Shown here one piece after another: positions 40,373-49,035 of a stretch of 64,000 nucleotides of DNA. The stretch's first letter is position 1. Every line of letters begins with the position of its first letter. Below the pieces are notes generated by a model. It saw only the letters and a list, made by a program, of their open reading frames with translations, made no database searches and had not been told where the DNA came from. The stretch lies in NCBI GenBank assembly GCA_964291405.2, contig OZ219926.1:3264001-3328000 (forward strand), read 5' to 3'. Both the position numbers and the translations under genes were made by a program. This stretch comes from Thermodesulfobacteriota bacterium (GTDB lineage Bacteria; Desulfobacterota; Binatia; Bin18).

Positions 40373-40417
40373 TCCCCTCCTTGGAGGGGTGCCGCGTAGC
40401 GGCGGGGTGGGTTTCCC
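40373..40417 (+). repeat. 45-bp double-hairpin repeat family B, copy 2
   Basis: TCCCCTCCTTGGAGGGGT-GCCGCGTAGCGGC-GGGGTGGGTTTCCC. Confidence 0.88.
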
Positions 40418-40531
40418 TACGTACCGCACCGGAGTGAAGCAATAAATGAGAAGACGATGAGCAGTAAGGGGAAAGGCGAAATCCCCATCTATTGAAACCA
40501 AGGAAGATCATTCCTAACGCACTCACCGCTC

Positions 40532-40810
40532 ATGATACGCTCCTTTGCCGATAAGGAAACCGAAAATCTGTTTCATTCGGAGAAAAGCCGCCGCTTTGCA
40601 ACGATCTCGCGGGTTGCCCTGAGAAAACTCATTCAAATGAATCAGGCCCGCACCCTCAGCGACCTAGCCGTTCCGCCCGGCAATCGCTTGGAAGGGCTCC
40701 GGGGAACACTCTCGGGCTTTCATTCTATTCGCATCAATGATCAGTGGCGCATTATCTTCCGCTGGAGGGATTCCGGGCCGGAACAGGTCCGCATCATCGA
40801 TTACCATTGA
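40532..40810 (+). CDS. higB: HigB toxin (RelE/ParE superfamily)
   Basis: [20 protein letters not shown]...[19 protein letters not shown]. Confidence 0.93.
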   Translation: MIRSFADKETENLFHSEKSRRFATISRVALRKLIQMNQARTLSDLAVPPGNRLEGLRGTLSGFHSIRINDQWRIIFRWRDSGPEQVRIIDYH

Positions 40811-40841
40811 CAAAACCCCTATAACGTTACACGGTATAGAA

Positions 40842-41141
40842 ATGCAAAACTCTATCACACCCGGCGAGATTCTTCTGGAGGAATACCTCAAGCCCATGGG
40901 TATTTCGCAGAACGCTATGGCTCGTGCGATCGGGGTTGCCCCGCGAGCCATCAACGAAATTGTTCACAGCAAACGCTCCATTACGCCGGCAATGTCCATA
41001 CGCTTTGGTGCGTTCTTCGGTCAGTCCGACGAGTTCTGGCACGGCCTTCAGGTCGAATGCGATTTTCGCGCCCTGGCCAAGAAAAGAAAAAGGCTGATTG
41101 CCCGCATCCAGCCGGCGTCAACCGTGAGTCATGTATCCTGA
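40842..41141 (+). CDS. higA: HigA antitoxin (Xre HTH)
   Basis: [36 protein letters not shown]. Confidence 0.92.
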   Translation: MQNSITPGEILLEEYLKPMGISQNAMARAIGVAPRAINEIVHSKRSITPAMSIRFGAFFGQSDEFWHGLQVECDFRALAKKRKRLIARIQPASTVSHVS

Positions 41142-41254
41142 CTCCCTCTGCTACGATCGCAGTCATCAATATCTCTGAGTATAGGCTTTGACTCCTAGCG
41201 GTCGCTCAGGGTCTGTTTCTGTCCTATTCCTTTAAAGGTAAGAGGGAGGCATAT

Positions 41255-42193
41255 ATGGCAGAACTCACCAACCCTGTAGTCAACTGTCCTTGCCAACACT
41301 GGGAATCTCCAGAACCTGACTTGGTCTATCAAAGTTTCGAACAAGTAAGACATCAGTTCGCAGCTTTGAGAGATATTCTCGTTCCCGACTCTATTTTGGA
41401 TCAGCACCGTTCATTTGATGAATCGGACAAAGATGAAGCACTCCATCGCTCTGTGCCTGTCCTTGCTGTTAAGAGAGGAACTCTTGGCTCTCTTACTCTC
41501 CCGCTTCATCGTCTGATGCTGGACGATCAGACTATTCATTCTGATGTTGTAAATCAGTACCGTAGCGACCTTGCTGAAAAATGGCTCTTTGCGAGCAACT
41601 ATCATAAACGCTATGAGCTTCATCGAATCTTTAGGAGGCGATGGATAGAGTTGTGTTTTGCGGCATGGCTCCTCGATAATGGTTGGAAGCTTGAAGGGCT
41701 TGAGGCCTATGGTGGGAGTTTTGATGTAGAAGCTTCCGAGTCAGAATCGTCTCGCGCAGCATTCGAGATTAAATACTTAGCTGAGCAGGAATTATCTTTT
41801 GAAATAGGAGTTGCGGCTGCTGTGTCGCCAGAGAGGGTGGCCGTGGACCCTCTGCCTGTCTACTCTCCCATTGATTATTTACTTTTTCGGCTTTTTGAAG
41901 CCGCTAAGCAACTTGAACGATCTCCCAGCCGAAGAATAGTAGTGGCAATAACTGAGGACTACGAGACCTCTTTTCGTATCCCTCTATCGGACTCTTGGGT
42001 TAATTGGACTCATCCAGCGCTTTTTCTCAGAGACAGCGTAATAGCCAAATTCATCGAAAGGAAGAAAAAAGAGATTCATGACCTTGAGCCTGAAATTACA
42101 CGAAAAATCCAAAGTCTGGACGAAATTTGGATTTTTCGTATCGGGAACAATTTTGACATTCATCTTATGCATCGGATCAAGCCGGGAGAATAA
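41255..42193 (+). CDS. Hypothetical protein with AT-rich coding, possible PD-(D/E)XK nuclease fold
   Basis: 312-aa ORF with GGAGG SD; E(LCFAAWL)...GSFDV...FEIK motif; visibly lower GC than its flanks. Confidence 0.65.
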   Translation: MAELTNPVVNCPCQHWESPEPDLVYQSFEQVRHQFAALRDILVPDSILDQHRSFDESDKDEALHRSVPVLAVKRGTLGSLTLPLHRLMLDDQTIHSDVVNQYRSDLAEKWLFASNYHKRYELHRIFRRRWIELCFAAWLLDNGWKLEGLEAYGGSFDVEASESESSRAAFEIKYLAEQELSFEIGVAAAVSPERVAVDPLPVYSPIDYLLFRLFEAAKQLERSPSRRIVVAITEDYETSFRIPLSDSWVNWTHPALFLRDSVIAKFIERKKKEIHDLEPEITRKIQSLDEIWIFRIGNNFDIHLMHRIKPGE

Positions 42194-42274
42194 TTCCCCT
42201 TTGAAGGAGGACACACCGCTTCCTGCTTTAGTACTTGACTCTCCTTCGAGCTTTGGGCATCACAAAACATCCCC

Positions 42275-43594
42275 GTGACCTCCCGCCTGCGCCGGACGCT
42301 CAGCCTTGCCCTGCCCATTATGGGCGGCATGATCTCCCAGAACATCATGAATCTGGTGGACACGGCCATGCTGGGCGTACTCGGCGACGAGGCTCTGGCA
42401 TCGGTCGGGCTGGCCCAGTTCTCAACCTTTACCTGCGGCGCGTTCATCATTGGTTTGGCAACCGGCGTGCAGGCCACTTCGGCCCGCTGGCTGGGGGCCG
42501 GTCGCTTGGGTGAAATCGCAGTGCCACTGAACGGCGGGCTGCTGCTCGTCCTGTTGCTCGGGCTGCCCGCCTCGTTCCTGCTGATCCATCTTGCGCCGGC
42601 CTTGTTCTCCGTACTCAGCCAGGATGCTGCGGTTACCGACCACGGCACGGTCTATTTTCAGGCGCGTCTGGTCGGCCTGCTCGCCATGGGCGTCAACTTT
42701 GTCTTTCGCGGCTACTGGAACGCGGTCAACCTGTCCAAGTTCTATATGCGCACCATCATTCTGATGAACGTGACCAATATCTTCCTCAACTGGGTCTTGA
42801 TCTTCGGCAACCTTGGCGCGCCGCGGCTGGGTGTCGTCGGAGCGGGCATCGGCACGACCACGGCGTTGTATATCGGGTCGGCTATATATCTGCTCACTGC
42901 CCTGCGCCACGCCCGTGACGGTGGCTTTCTGGTCCGTTGGCCGGATCGGGCGACCCTGCTGGCTCTACTGCGGCTCTCGATTCCAGCTGGCATTCAGCAC
43001 GTCTTCTTTGCCGCTGGAATGCTGGCGTTCTTCTGGATTCTGGGCAATATCGGCACTGCGGAACTGGCCGCGGGACACGTCTTGTCCAACCTCCTGCTGC
43101 TGTGGCTGCTCTTGACGAACGGGTTCGGCCTAGCTGCGGCCTCCTTTGTCGGACAGTCCCTGGGTGCCGGCAAGGTGCCGGAGGCACGGGCGTGGGGCTG
43201 GTACGTGACCCGACTCTCCATGCTGGTGGTCGGCGGTCTGGCCCTGCCAGCCCTGCTCGCGCCCGACCTGTTTCTGCTGCTGTTCCTGCGCGACCCGACA
43301 ACGCTGGCGCTCGCCCGGCTGCCACTGCAACTCACCGCTGCCACCATGGCGCTTGAAGCCCTCGGTGCCGTGTTGATGAATGCCCACTACGGAGCCGGGC
43401 ACAGCCGACAGGTGATGGTGATCTCCCTGACTATGCAGTGGTGTCTGTTTCTGCCCATTGCCTTTGCCATGCAAGCCATATGGGGATTCGGCCTGCTGGC
43501 TATCTGGATAGCCAACCTCGTCTATCGTATCCTCCAGTCCGTTACCTTTGTCTGGAGTTGGCAGGCCGGTGGCTGGACCCGGATTCGGGTATAA
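42275..43594 (+). CDS. MATE family efflux transporter
   Basis: LALPI..GM...N.M..VDTAMLG.LG...LA, NIFLNWVLIFGNLGAP.LGV.GAG. Confidence 0.92.
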   Translation: MTSRLRRTLSLALPIMGGMISQNIMNLVDTAMLGVLGDEALASVGLAQFSTFTCGAFIIGLATGVQATSARWLGAGRLGEIAVPLNGGLLLVLLLGLPASFLLIHLAPALFSVLSQDAAVTDHGTVYFQARLVGLLAMGVNFVFRGYWNAVNLSKFYMRTIILMNVTNIFLNWVLIFGNLGAPRLGVVGAGIGTTTALYIGSAIYLLTALRHARDGGFLVRWPDRATLLALLRLSIPAGIQHVFFAAGMLAFFWILGNIGTAELAAGHVLSNLLLLWLLLTNGFGLAAASFVGQSLGAGKVPEARAWGWYVTRLSMLVVGGLALPALLAPDLFLLLFLRDPTTLALARLPLQLTAATMALEALGAVLMNAHYGAGHSRQVMVISLTMQWCLFLPIAFAMQAIWGFGLLAIWIANLVYRILQSVTFVWSWQAGGWTRIRV

Positions 43595-43669
43595 CCGTGA
43601 GTGTGGATATACTGCCCGGACTCCAACCCCGTCTTGTTTTACCGTTCGGTTCATTCGTAGAATGGAGAC

Positions 43670-44074
43670 ATGGCACCAGCCCCCCAACGGGGGAGACGCG
43701 CCTCAACCGTGTCCCGGTCGCCTGCGGGACCTCCCCTGACATTCCAGCAGCAGTATGTGGCTGCAACGCGGTCTCTGAGCCTCCATTTTGCGCAAATTGA
43801 TGCCTGGCTTGCCGATAACGAACCGGCAGTCTGGCAGCATCTCCATCAGGCGGATGACGAACTCTTCCAGTTGAGTCAGCTCAACGTCTCAGAGAGCCGC
43901 TACCAGGCTGCGCTTGAGGCGTTTGTTGCTCGGTGCGAAGAAGTCGAACAGCTCTACTATGAAGTACACCCATCCGAGTTCCGCCTGCCGCCTCTGTCCG
44001 CCGGCGAGCGAATTGCCGTCTATTACGAACTAGGCGATGGCTCGATGCATAAGGTCAGCGGAGAGGAGACCTAG
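43670..44074 (+). CDS. Hypothetical protein
   Basis: 134-aa ORF filling the gap, GGAG SD, helical-looking composition; no family recognised. Confidence 0.6.
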   Translation: MAPAPQRGRRASTVSRSPAGPPLTFQQQYVAATRSLSLHFAQIDAWLADNEPAVWQHLHQADDELFQLSQLNVSESRYQAALEAFVARCEEVEQLYYEVHPSEFRLPPLSAGERIAVYYELGDGSMHKVSGEET

Positions 44075-44217
44075 GGACGTGCGCTCCTTCTTCTACCCAT
44101 CCCCCCAACTGCGTTCGCAAGAGCAAAGGAATCCGGTACAGTAGCCCAGCTCTTTTGCAGAGAGCGCTGGGTTCGCACCAGGCCGAGCTCTCGACACAAG
44201 AAGGGGAAGACCGACGC

Positions 44218-45507
44218 ATGACGGATTCTGTTTCCGGACTGACCGCCCTGCGCGACTACTGGCCGCGCCGCTTTACGCTGGTTGGTCTGTGCTTTTGCAG
44301 CACGTTTATTTGTTATATCGACCGGGTCAATATCTCGGTCGCCATTCTCCCCATGGCCCAGGAGTATGGCTGGAATCAAACGACCCAAGGCGTTGTCCTG
44401 TCCTCATTCTTTTACGGCTATCTGGCCACCCAGATTTTCGGTGGCTGGCTGGCAGACCGCTATGGCGGAAAAATGGTCCTCGGCTGGGGTGTGTTGCTGT
44501 GGTCCTTCTTTACCCTGGTCACGCCACCCGCAGCAGCGATTTCACTCACTGTGCTCTTTCTCGCCAGGGTTGGCATGGGCCTGGGGGAGGGTGTGGCCTT
44601 TCCGGCGATTTATAATCTCTTTGCGCGCTGGGTGCCGGGTCAGGAGCGAGCTCGTTCAGCCGCGCTCAACGTAAGCGGCGTCTCCCTTGGCACGGTTGCT
44701 GCTCTGCTCCTGACGCCGACCATTGTGGTGGTCTGGGGCTGGCCGATGGTGTTCTACCTGTTCGGCGGGCTGGGGTTTGTCTGGTATCTCTTCTGGCACT
44801 ACCGCGTCACCGACACACCGGAAACCCACCCTACCATCGCTCCCACAGAAGTCGCCTATATCCGAGAGCATACTTCCCCGATTCCAGCCAACCTCACAAT
44901 CCCGTGGCGACACCTGCTGTCCAAAACCGCGGTCTGGGCCATTGTGATTAACCACTTTTGTTCCAACTGGGGATTCTACGTTATCCTGACTTGGCTACCG
45001 ACCTATTTTAACCAGGCGCTCGGGGTCGATCTCCGTCAGGTCGGGCTGTACACCATCCTGCCCTGGTTGGCCATGTTTATCATGGCCAATGTCGCCGGCT
45101 GGATCGCGGACAGCCTGCTGCAACGCGGTCTGTCCGTTACCTTTGTCCGCAAGCTGATGCAGAGCATAGGCTTCTTCGGTCCGGCACTGTTCCTCTTTCT
45201 GATCGGCGAGGTCACCTCGGCCCTTCAGGCGGTCAGCTATATGTGCTGTGTGCTTGGGCTTGGCGCCTTTGCCCTGTCCGGCTTCGCGGTGAACCACCTC
45301 GATATCGGTCCACGTTACGCCGGTATTCTGCTAGGTCTCTCAAATACGGCCGGAACGATCCCGGGTATTATCGGCGTGACCCTGACCGGCTACATCCTGG
45401 ATGCCACCGGTTCGTGGAGCCTCGTCTTTCTGATCGCCTCAGGGCTGTATGTCTTCGGAGCAGTGGTCTGGCTGCTGTTTGCCACCGGCGAGCAGGTGTT
45501 TGAGTAG
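44218..45507 (+). CDS. MFS transporter, anion:cation symporter (ACS/SLC17-like)
   Basis: ICYIDRVNISVA, SSFFYGY..TQ..GG.LAD, GLGEGVAFPA, NWGFY..LTWLPTYF. Confidence 0.93.
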   Translation: MTDSVSGLTALRDYWPRRFTLVGLCFCSTFICYIDRVNISVAILPMAQEYGWNQTTQGVVLSSFFYGYLATQIFGGWLADRYGGKMVLGWGVLLWSFFTLVTPPAAAISLTVLFLARVGMGLGEGVAFPAIYNLFARWVPGQERARSAALNVSGVSLGTVAALLLTPTIVVVWGWPMVFYLFGGLGFVWYLFWHYRVTDTPETHPTIAPTEVAYIREHTSPIPANLTIPWRHLLSKTAVWAIVINHFCSNWGFYVILTWLPTYFNQALGVDLRQVGLYTILPWLAMFIMANVAGWIADSLLQRGLSVTFVRKLMQSIGFFGPALFLFLIGEVTSALQAVSYMCCVLGLGAFALSGFAVNHLDIGPRYAGILLGLSNTAGTIPGIIGVTLTGYILDATGSWSLVFLIASGLYVFGAVVWLLFATGEQVFE

Positions 45508-45515
45508 CCCTGCAC

Positions 45516-45719
45516 CTATTCCGGCTTCTTCTTAATCTCGTAGCCCAGCTCTTCAACGGCCAGCAGGATGTCGGCAATGGCCGTGAAATCCTGAATATCC
45601 GCATGTCCCATACGGATGCTGACGGCGTAGTTGGAGCCGTATGGGTGCTTGGTCCGCCGGTGCTGAAACACCGCTTTGGCGAGCCTGAGGAGATCGAACT
45701 TCGGGTTATCGTTTTCCAT
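45516..45719 (-). CDS. Small hypothetical protein coupled to tusA-like gene
   Basis: ATG 45719 lies 1 nt after the tusA-like stop; 67 aa. Confidence 0.6.
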   Translation of the reverse strand: MENDNPKFDLLRLAKAVFQHRRTKHPYGSNYAVSIRMGHADIQDFTAIADILLAVEELGYEIKKKPE

Positions 45720-45720
45720 G

Positions 45721-45963
45721 CTATTTCTCAATCACGATGCGCCACTGCTGAGGGGTATCCGATTCAGCCGCCTCTTCTATCTCAACAATGGCATAGCCTT
45801 CCGCTTCCGCGGCCCGGGGAATATCACGCCGGCCTTTGGGATCGTCAATGACGAGTTCGAGTTGGTCGCCCTGGTCGAGGTATTCCAGGCGCACCTTGGC
45901 CTTGGCCCAATTCAAGGGGCATTTGACGCCGCGCAGGTTCAGGTGTTCGATTTTGCCGCTCAT
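45721..45963 (-). CDS. TusA/SirA-family sulfur carrier
   Basis: LNLRGVKCP, L..GD.LELVIDDP; GGAGG SD. Confidence 0.88.
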   Translation of the reverse strand: MSGKIEHLNLRGVKCPLNWAKAKVRLEYLDQGDQLELVIDDPKGRRDIPRAAEAEGYAIVEIEEAAESDTPQQWRIVIEK

Positions 45964-46115
45964 CGCCTCCTACATACCAGACAGACTCCGGGGTGTCAGC
46001 GCAGCCCATTATGACTCTTTGCCGCTCGCTATCTCTTGCTCTCGCCCCTCCCCGTTTCTCCCCGCCTTCCGATGCGCTAGGGTAGGCCAATCTTCAGAAA
46101 ACACCGGGGTGTGGT

Positions 46116-48164
46116 GTGGAACGCGACGAGAGCCGTCCTGAGAGATATACGCTGCGGTCGGATGCGGAGAGCCACCGGTCACGGCAATTTACCATTGACT
46201 ACAAGCACGAGCTGAACCCCAGCCAGTACGAGGCCGTAACCATGCGCAACGGTCCGGTACTGGTGCTGGCCGGAGCCGGCAGCGGTAAGACACGGACCCT
46301 GGTATTCCGGGTCGCGCGGATGATCGAAGAAGGCGTTGATCCGGCCTGCTTGCTCCTCCTGACCTTCACCCGTCGGGCCGCGGAAGAAATGATCCAGCGC
46401 GCCGAGGCCCTCATGGGCGGCCGCTGCGATAAGGTGACAGGCGGGACGTTTCATTCTTTTGCCAACACCGTCCTGCGGCGCTACGCCTCCCTGCTCGGAT
46501 TTGCCAATGCCTTCACGATTCTGGACCGGGGCGACTCCGAGGATGCAATTAATCTGATCCGGGCGCGCCTTGGTCTGGACAAAAAGGCGCGTCGCTTCCC
46601 ACGCAAACAGACGATTGCCGAGATCATCAGCCTGGCGGCCAATAAGACTACCAGTGTAGCGGAAGTGCTTGACTCGCAGTTTCCCCATCTGTTTTCCGAA
46701 CTCGACGACCTCAGCCGGATTGAAGAATATTACCGGCAGTATAAACGCGAACGCAGCCTGCTCGACTACGACGATCTGCTGACCCATTTGCGCGAACTGC
46801 TGCGCAGCCACCCAGAGGTCGCAGAACGCCTCTCCTATACCTATCGCTACATCATGGTTGATGAGTATCAGGACACGAACCGACTCCAGGCCGAAATCGT
46901 GCGTTTGCTGGCCCATGTGCACGACAACGTCATGGCGGTCGGTGATGATGCCCAGTCGATCTATAGTTTTCGCGGTGCCACTGTTCGCAATATTTTTGAG
47001 TTTCCAGACATGTTTCCCGACACGAAGGTGATCAAGCTCGAAGAAAACTACCGCAGTACCCAGCCGATCCTTGACCTGTCGAACGAAATTATTCTGCAAG
47101 CCAAGGAGCGCTACACCAAGAACCTGTTCACCAAAAAGGATAGCGGCTTTCAGCCCGCGTTGATCGAAGCTGACAGCGAGCGCTACCAGTCGCGCTTTGT
47201 GGCCCAAAAGATTTTGGAGCTGCGCGAGGAAGGCGTACCCCTGACCGAGATGGCGGTCCTCTTCCGCTCCAGCTTTCATTCCTTCGATCTTGAGATCGAA
47301 CTGAGTAAGTGTGACCTGCCGTTCGTGAAGCGGGGCGGATTCAAATTTATTGAGACCACTCACGTCAAGGATGTCCTGGCCCATCTGCGTGTGCTGGCCA
47401 ACCCCCAGGACGCGGTGTCGTGGCACCGGGTGCTCCTTCTGCTCGAAGGTGTCGGGCCCAAGAGTAGCGACAAGATTCTCAGCCATGTGCTAGGCGGGGC
47501 CGATCAGGTGCAGCGCCTGGCCGACTACCCAGGCCGCGGCGCGGTCAAGAACGAGGTGCAGAAACTGGCTGTCGCGCTCCAAACCGTTGCTGATCCCAAC
47601 CTCCAGCCGCGCGAGCAGATCGACCTGATCGTGCAGTACTATCTGCCGATTCTCAAACAGAATCATCGGGACGATTATCCCAAGCGCCAGAAAGACCTAG
47701 AGCATTTTTCGATTATTACCGAACGCTACCGCAGTCTGAACCGGCTGCTGTCGGACATGGCCCTGGAGCCACCCAACAGCAGCGTGGGCGATGTGCTGGC
47801 AACCGATAAGGATGAAGAAGGCGTGCTGACCCTGTCGACCATTCACTCGGCAAAAGGGCTGGAATGGCACTCGGTGTTTATCATCTGGGCAGTCGAGGGA
47901 CGTTTTCCTTCGCTGTATAACAAGGAGGATGACGAACTCGAAGAGGAGCGACGGTTGATGTATGTTGCCGCCACCCGGGCAAAAGAAAACCTGTTTATTT
48001 CGTATCCCATCAATATCTTTGATCGCGCGACCGGTATGGTGCTCAGTAAACCGTCGCGTTTTCTGGAAGACATTCCCCGCCGTATTCTGAAACCGGTTTT
48101 CCTCATTGAAGAAGAGGACGAAGACGAGGACGACTGGCGCCAGCGTCGCAGTCGGGCTTGGTGA
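46116..48164 (+). CDS. UvrD/Rep/PcrA-family ATP-dependent helicase
   Basis: AGAGSGKT, TFH, VDEYQDTN, VGDDAQSIYSFRGA, LEENYRS, STIHSAKGLEW, EERRLMYVA.TRA. Confidence 0.95.
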   Translation: MERDESRPERYTLRSDAESHRSRQFTIDYKHELNPSQYEAVTMRNGPVLVLAGAGSGKTRTLVFRVARMIEEGVDPACLLLLTFTRRAAEEMIQRAEALMGGRCDKVTGGTFHSFANTVLRRYASLLGFANAFTILDRGDSEDAINLIRARLGLDKKARRFPRKQTIAEIISLAANKTTSVAEVLDSQFPHLFSELDDLSRIEEYYRQYKRERSLLDYDDLLTHLRELLRSHPEVAERLSYTYRYIMVDEYQDTNRLQAEIVRLLAHVHDNVMAVGDDAQSIYSFRGATVRNIFEFPDMFPDTKVIKLEENYRSTQPILDLSNEIILQAKERYTKNLFTKKDSGFQPALIEADSERYQSRFVAQKILELREEGVPLTEMAVLFRSSFHSFDLEIELSKCDLPFVKRGGFKFIETTHVKDVLAHLRVLANPQDAVSWHRVLLLLEGVGPKSSDKILSHVLGGADQVQRLADYPGRGAVKNEVQKLAVALQTVADPNLQPREQIDLIVQYYLPILKQNHRDDYPKRQKDLEHFSIITERYRSLNRLLSDMALEPPNSSVGDVLATDKDEEGVLTLSTIHSAKGLEWHSVFIIWAVEGRFPSLYNKEDDELEEERRLMYVAATRAKENLFISYPINIFDRATGMVLSKPSRFLEDIPRRILKPVFLIEEEDEDEDDWRQRRSRAW

Positions 48165-48183
48165 AGAAACCCGCCCGTTGCTC

Positions 48184-49008
48184 TTATCCGGTGACGGTCG
48201 AAGCCCGTCCGGCGTGTTCGTCCAGGAATGCTCCTAGGGCCGCATTAAACAGATCGGGCTTTTCGAGATTCGACAGATGCCCGCAGTCCGGAATGGTCAG
48301 CAGCGAGGCGCCGGGGGTCTGTTTCACCAGGAATTCCGAAGCCGAGGGTGGGGTGACTTGGTCTTCTTCCCCGACAATTACCAGGGTCGGTACCGCAATC
48401 TGCGGCAGGATCGCACGGAAATCGGTTGTTATAATGGCGTGCAGGGCCTGTTTATACGCCTCGGTGCGCAGCGCGGACATGGAGGCGATTAGCCGCTCAC
48501 GCACGGCTTGTCCCGCACTTTCGGCAACCAGGACCTTGACCACCTCAGGCGCAATGTCCGCCGGGGTGAGACCGTTTTCCAACGGATCGAGCCGGCGGGC
48601 GAGAAAGTCCTGCCGGACGGCTTCAGGAACCCCACCGAAACCGGACGAGGTATCAACCAGGGCGAGAGTAGCGACTCGGTCGGTATAGCGCCCATAGAAG
48701 TCCTGGATAATCATGCCGCCCATAGACAGCCCGACCAGGTGAGCCCGTTCGGCTTTGAGCCGGTCCAGGAGACGGCACAGGTCATCGGCAAAATCGCTGA
48801 ACCGGAGCGTCTGGGGAGAGTCGTCGCTGTCGAGATAGCCCCGCGCGTCCCAGGCCACCGTGCAAAACCGCCTCCCAAAATGGGCCAACTGATCCGTCCA
48901 GTTCCGTCGGTTACCGCCGATGCCGTGCAGGAAAACAACGACCGGGCCACTGCCTTCAATATCGTAAGCAATCGAGACCGGATCCTCCGTCTTTCGTGTT
49001 TCGGCCAT
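48184..49008 (-). CDS. Alpha/beta hydrolase
   Basis: FLHGIGG, WDARGY, GLSMGG, GEED, CGH. Confidence 0.9.
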   Translation of the reverse strand: MAETRKTEDPVSIAYDIEGSGPVVVFLHGIGGNRRNWTDQLAHFGRRFCTVAWDARGYLDSDDSPQTLRFSDFADDLCRLLDRLKAERAHLVGLSMGGMIIQDFYGRYTDRVATLALVDTSSGFGGVPEAVRQDFLARRLDPLENGLTPADIAPEVVKVLVAESAGQAVRERLIASMSALRTEAYKQALHAIITTDFRAILPQIAVPTLVIVGEEDQVTPPSASEFLVKQTPGASLLTIPDCGHLSNLEKPDLFNAALGAFLDEHAGRASTVTG

Positions 49009-49035
49009 GGGACACTCCTTGAGCTGTTTTAGTTC

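Noticed and set aside
40457-40520. Short MSSKGKGEIPIY reading as a remnant of a RhuM/Fic-type gene
   Set aside because: Only 12 codons before a stop; the resemblance is too weak to support
42192-42210. AATTCCCCTTTGAAGGAGG as a third family B copy closing the islet
   Set aside because: Only 9 nt match; second hairpin and tail are absent
46179-47486. Long antisense ORFs (this 435-aa one, also 38452-39459, 24953-25885, 52317-53159, 53376-54218)
   Set aside because: They are shadows of well-supported genes in GC-rich DNA and show no recognisable motifs
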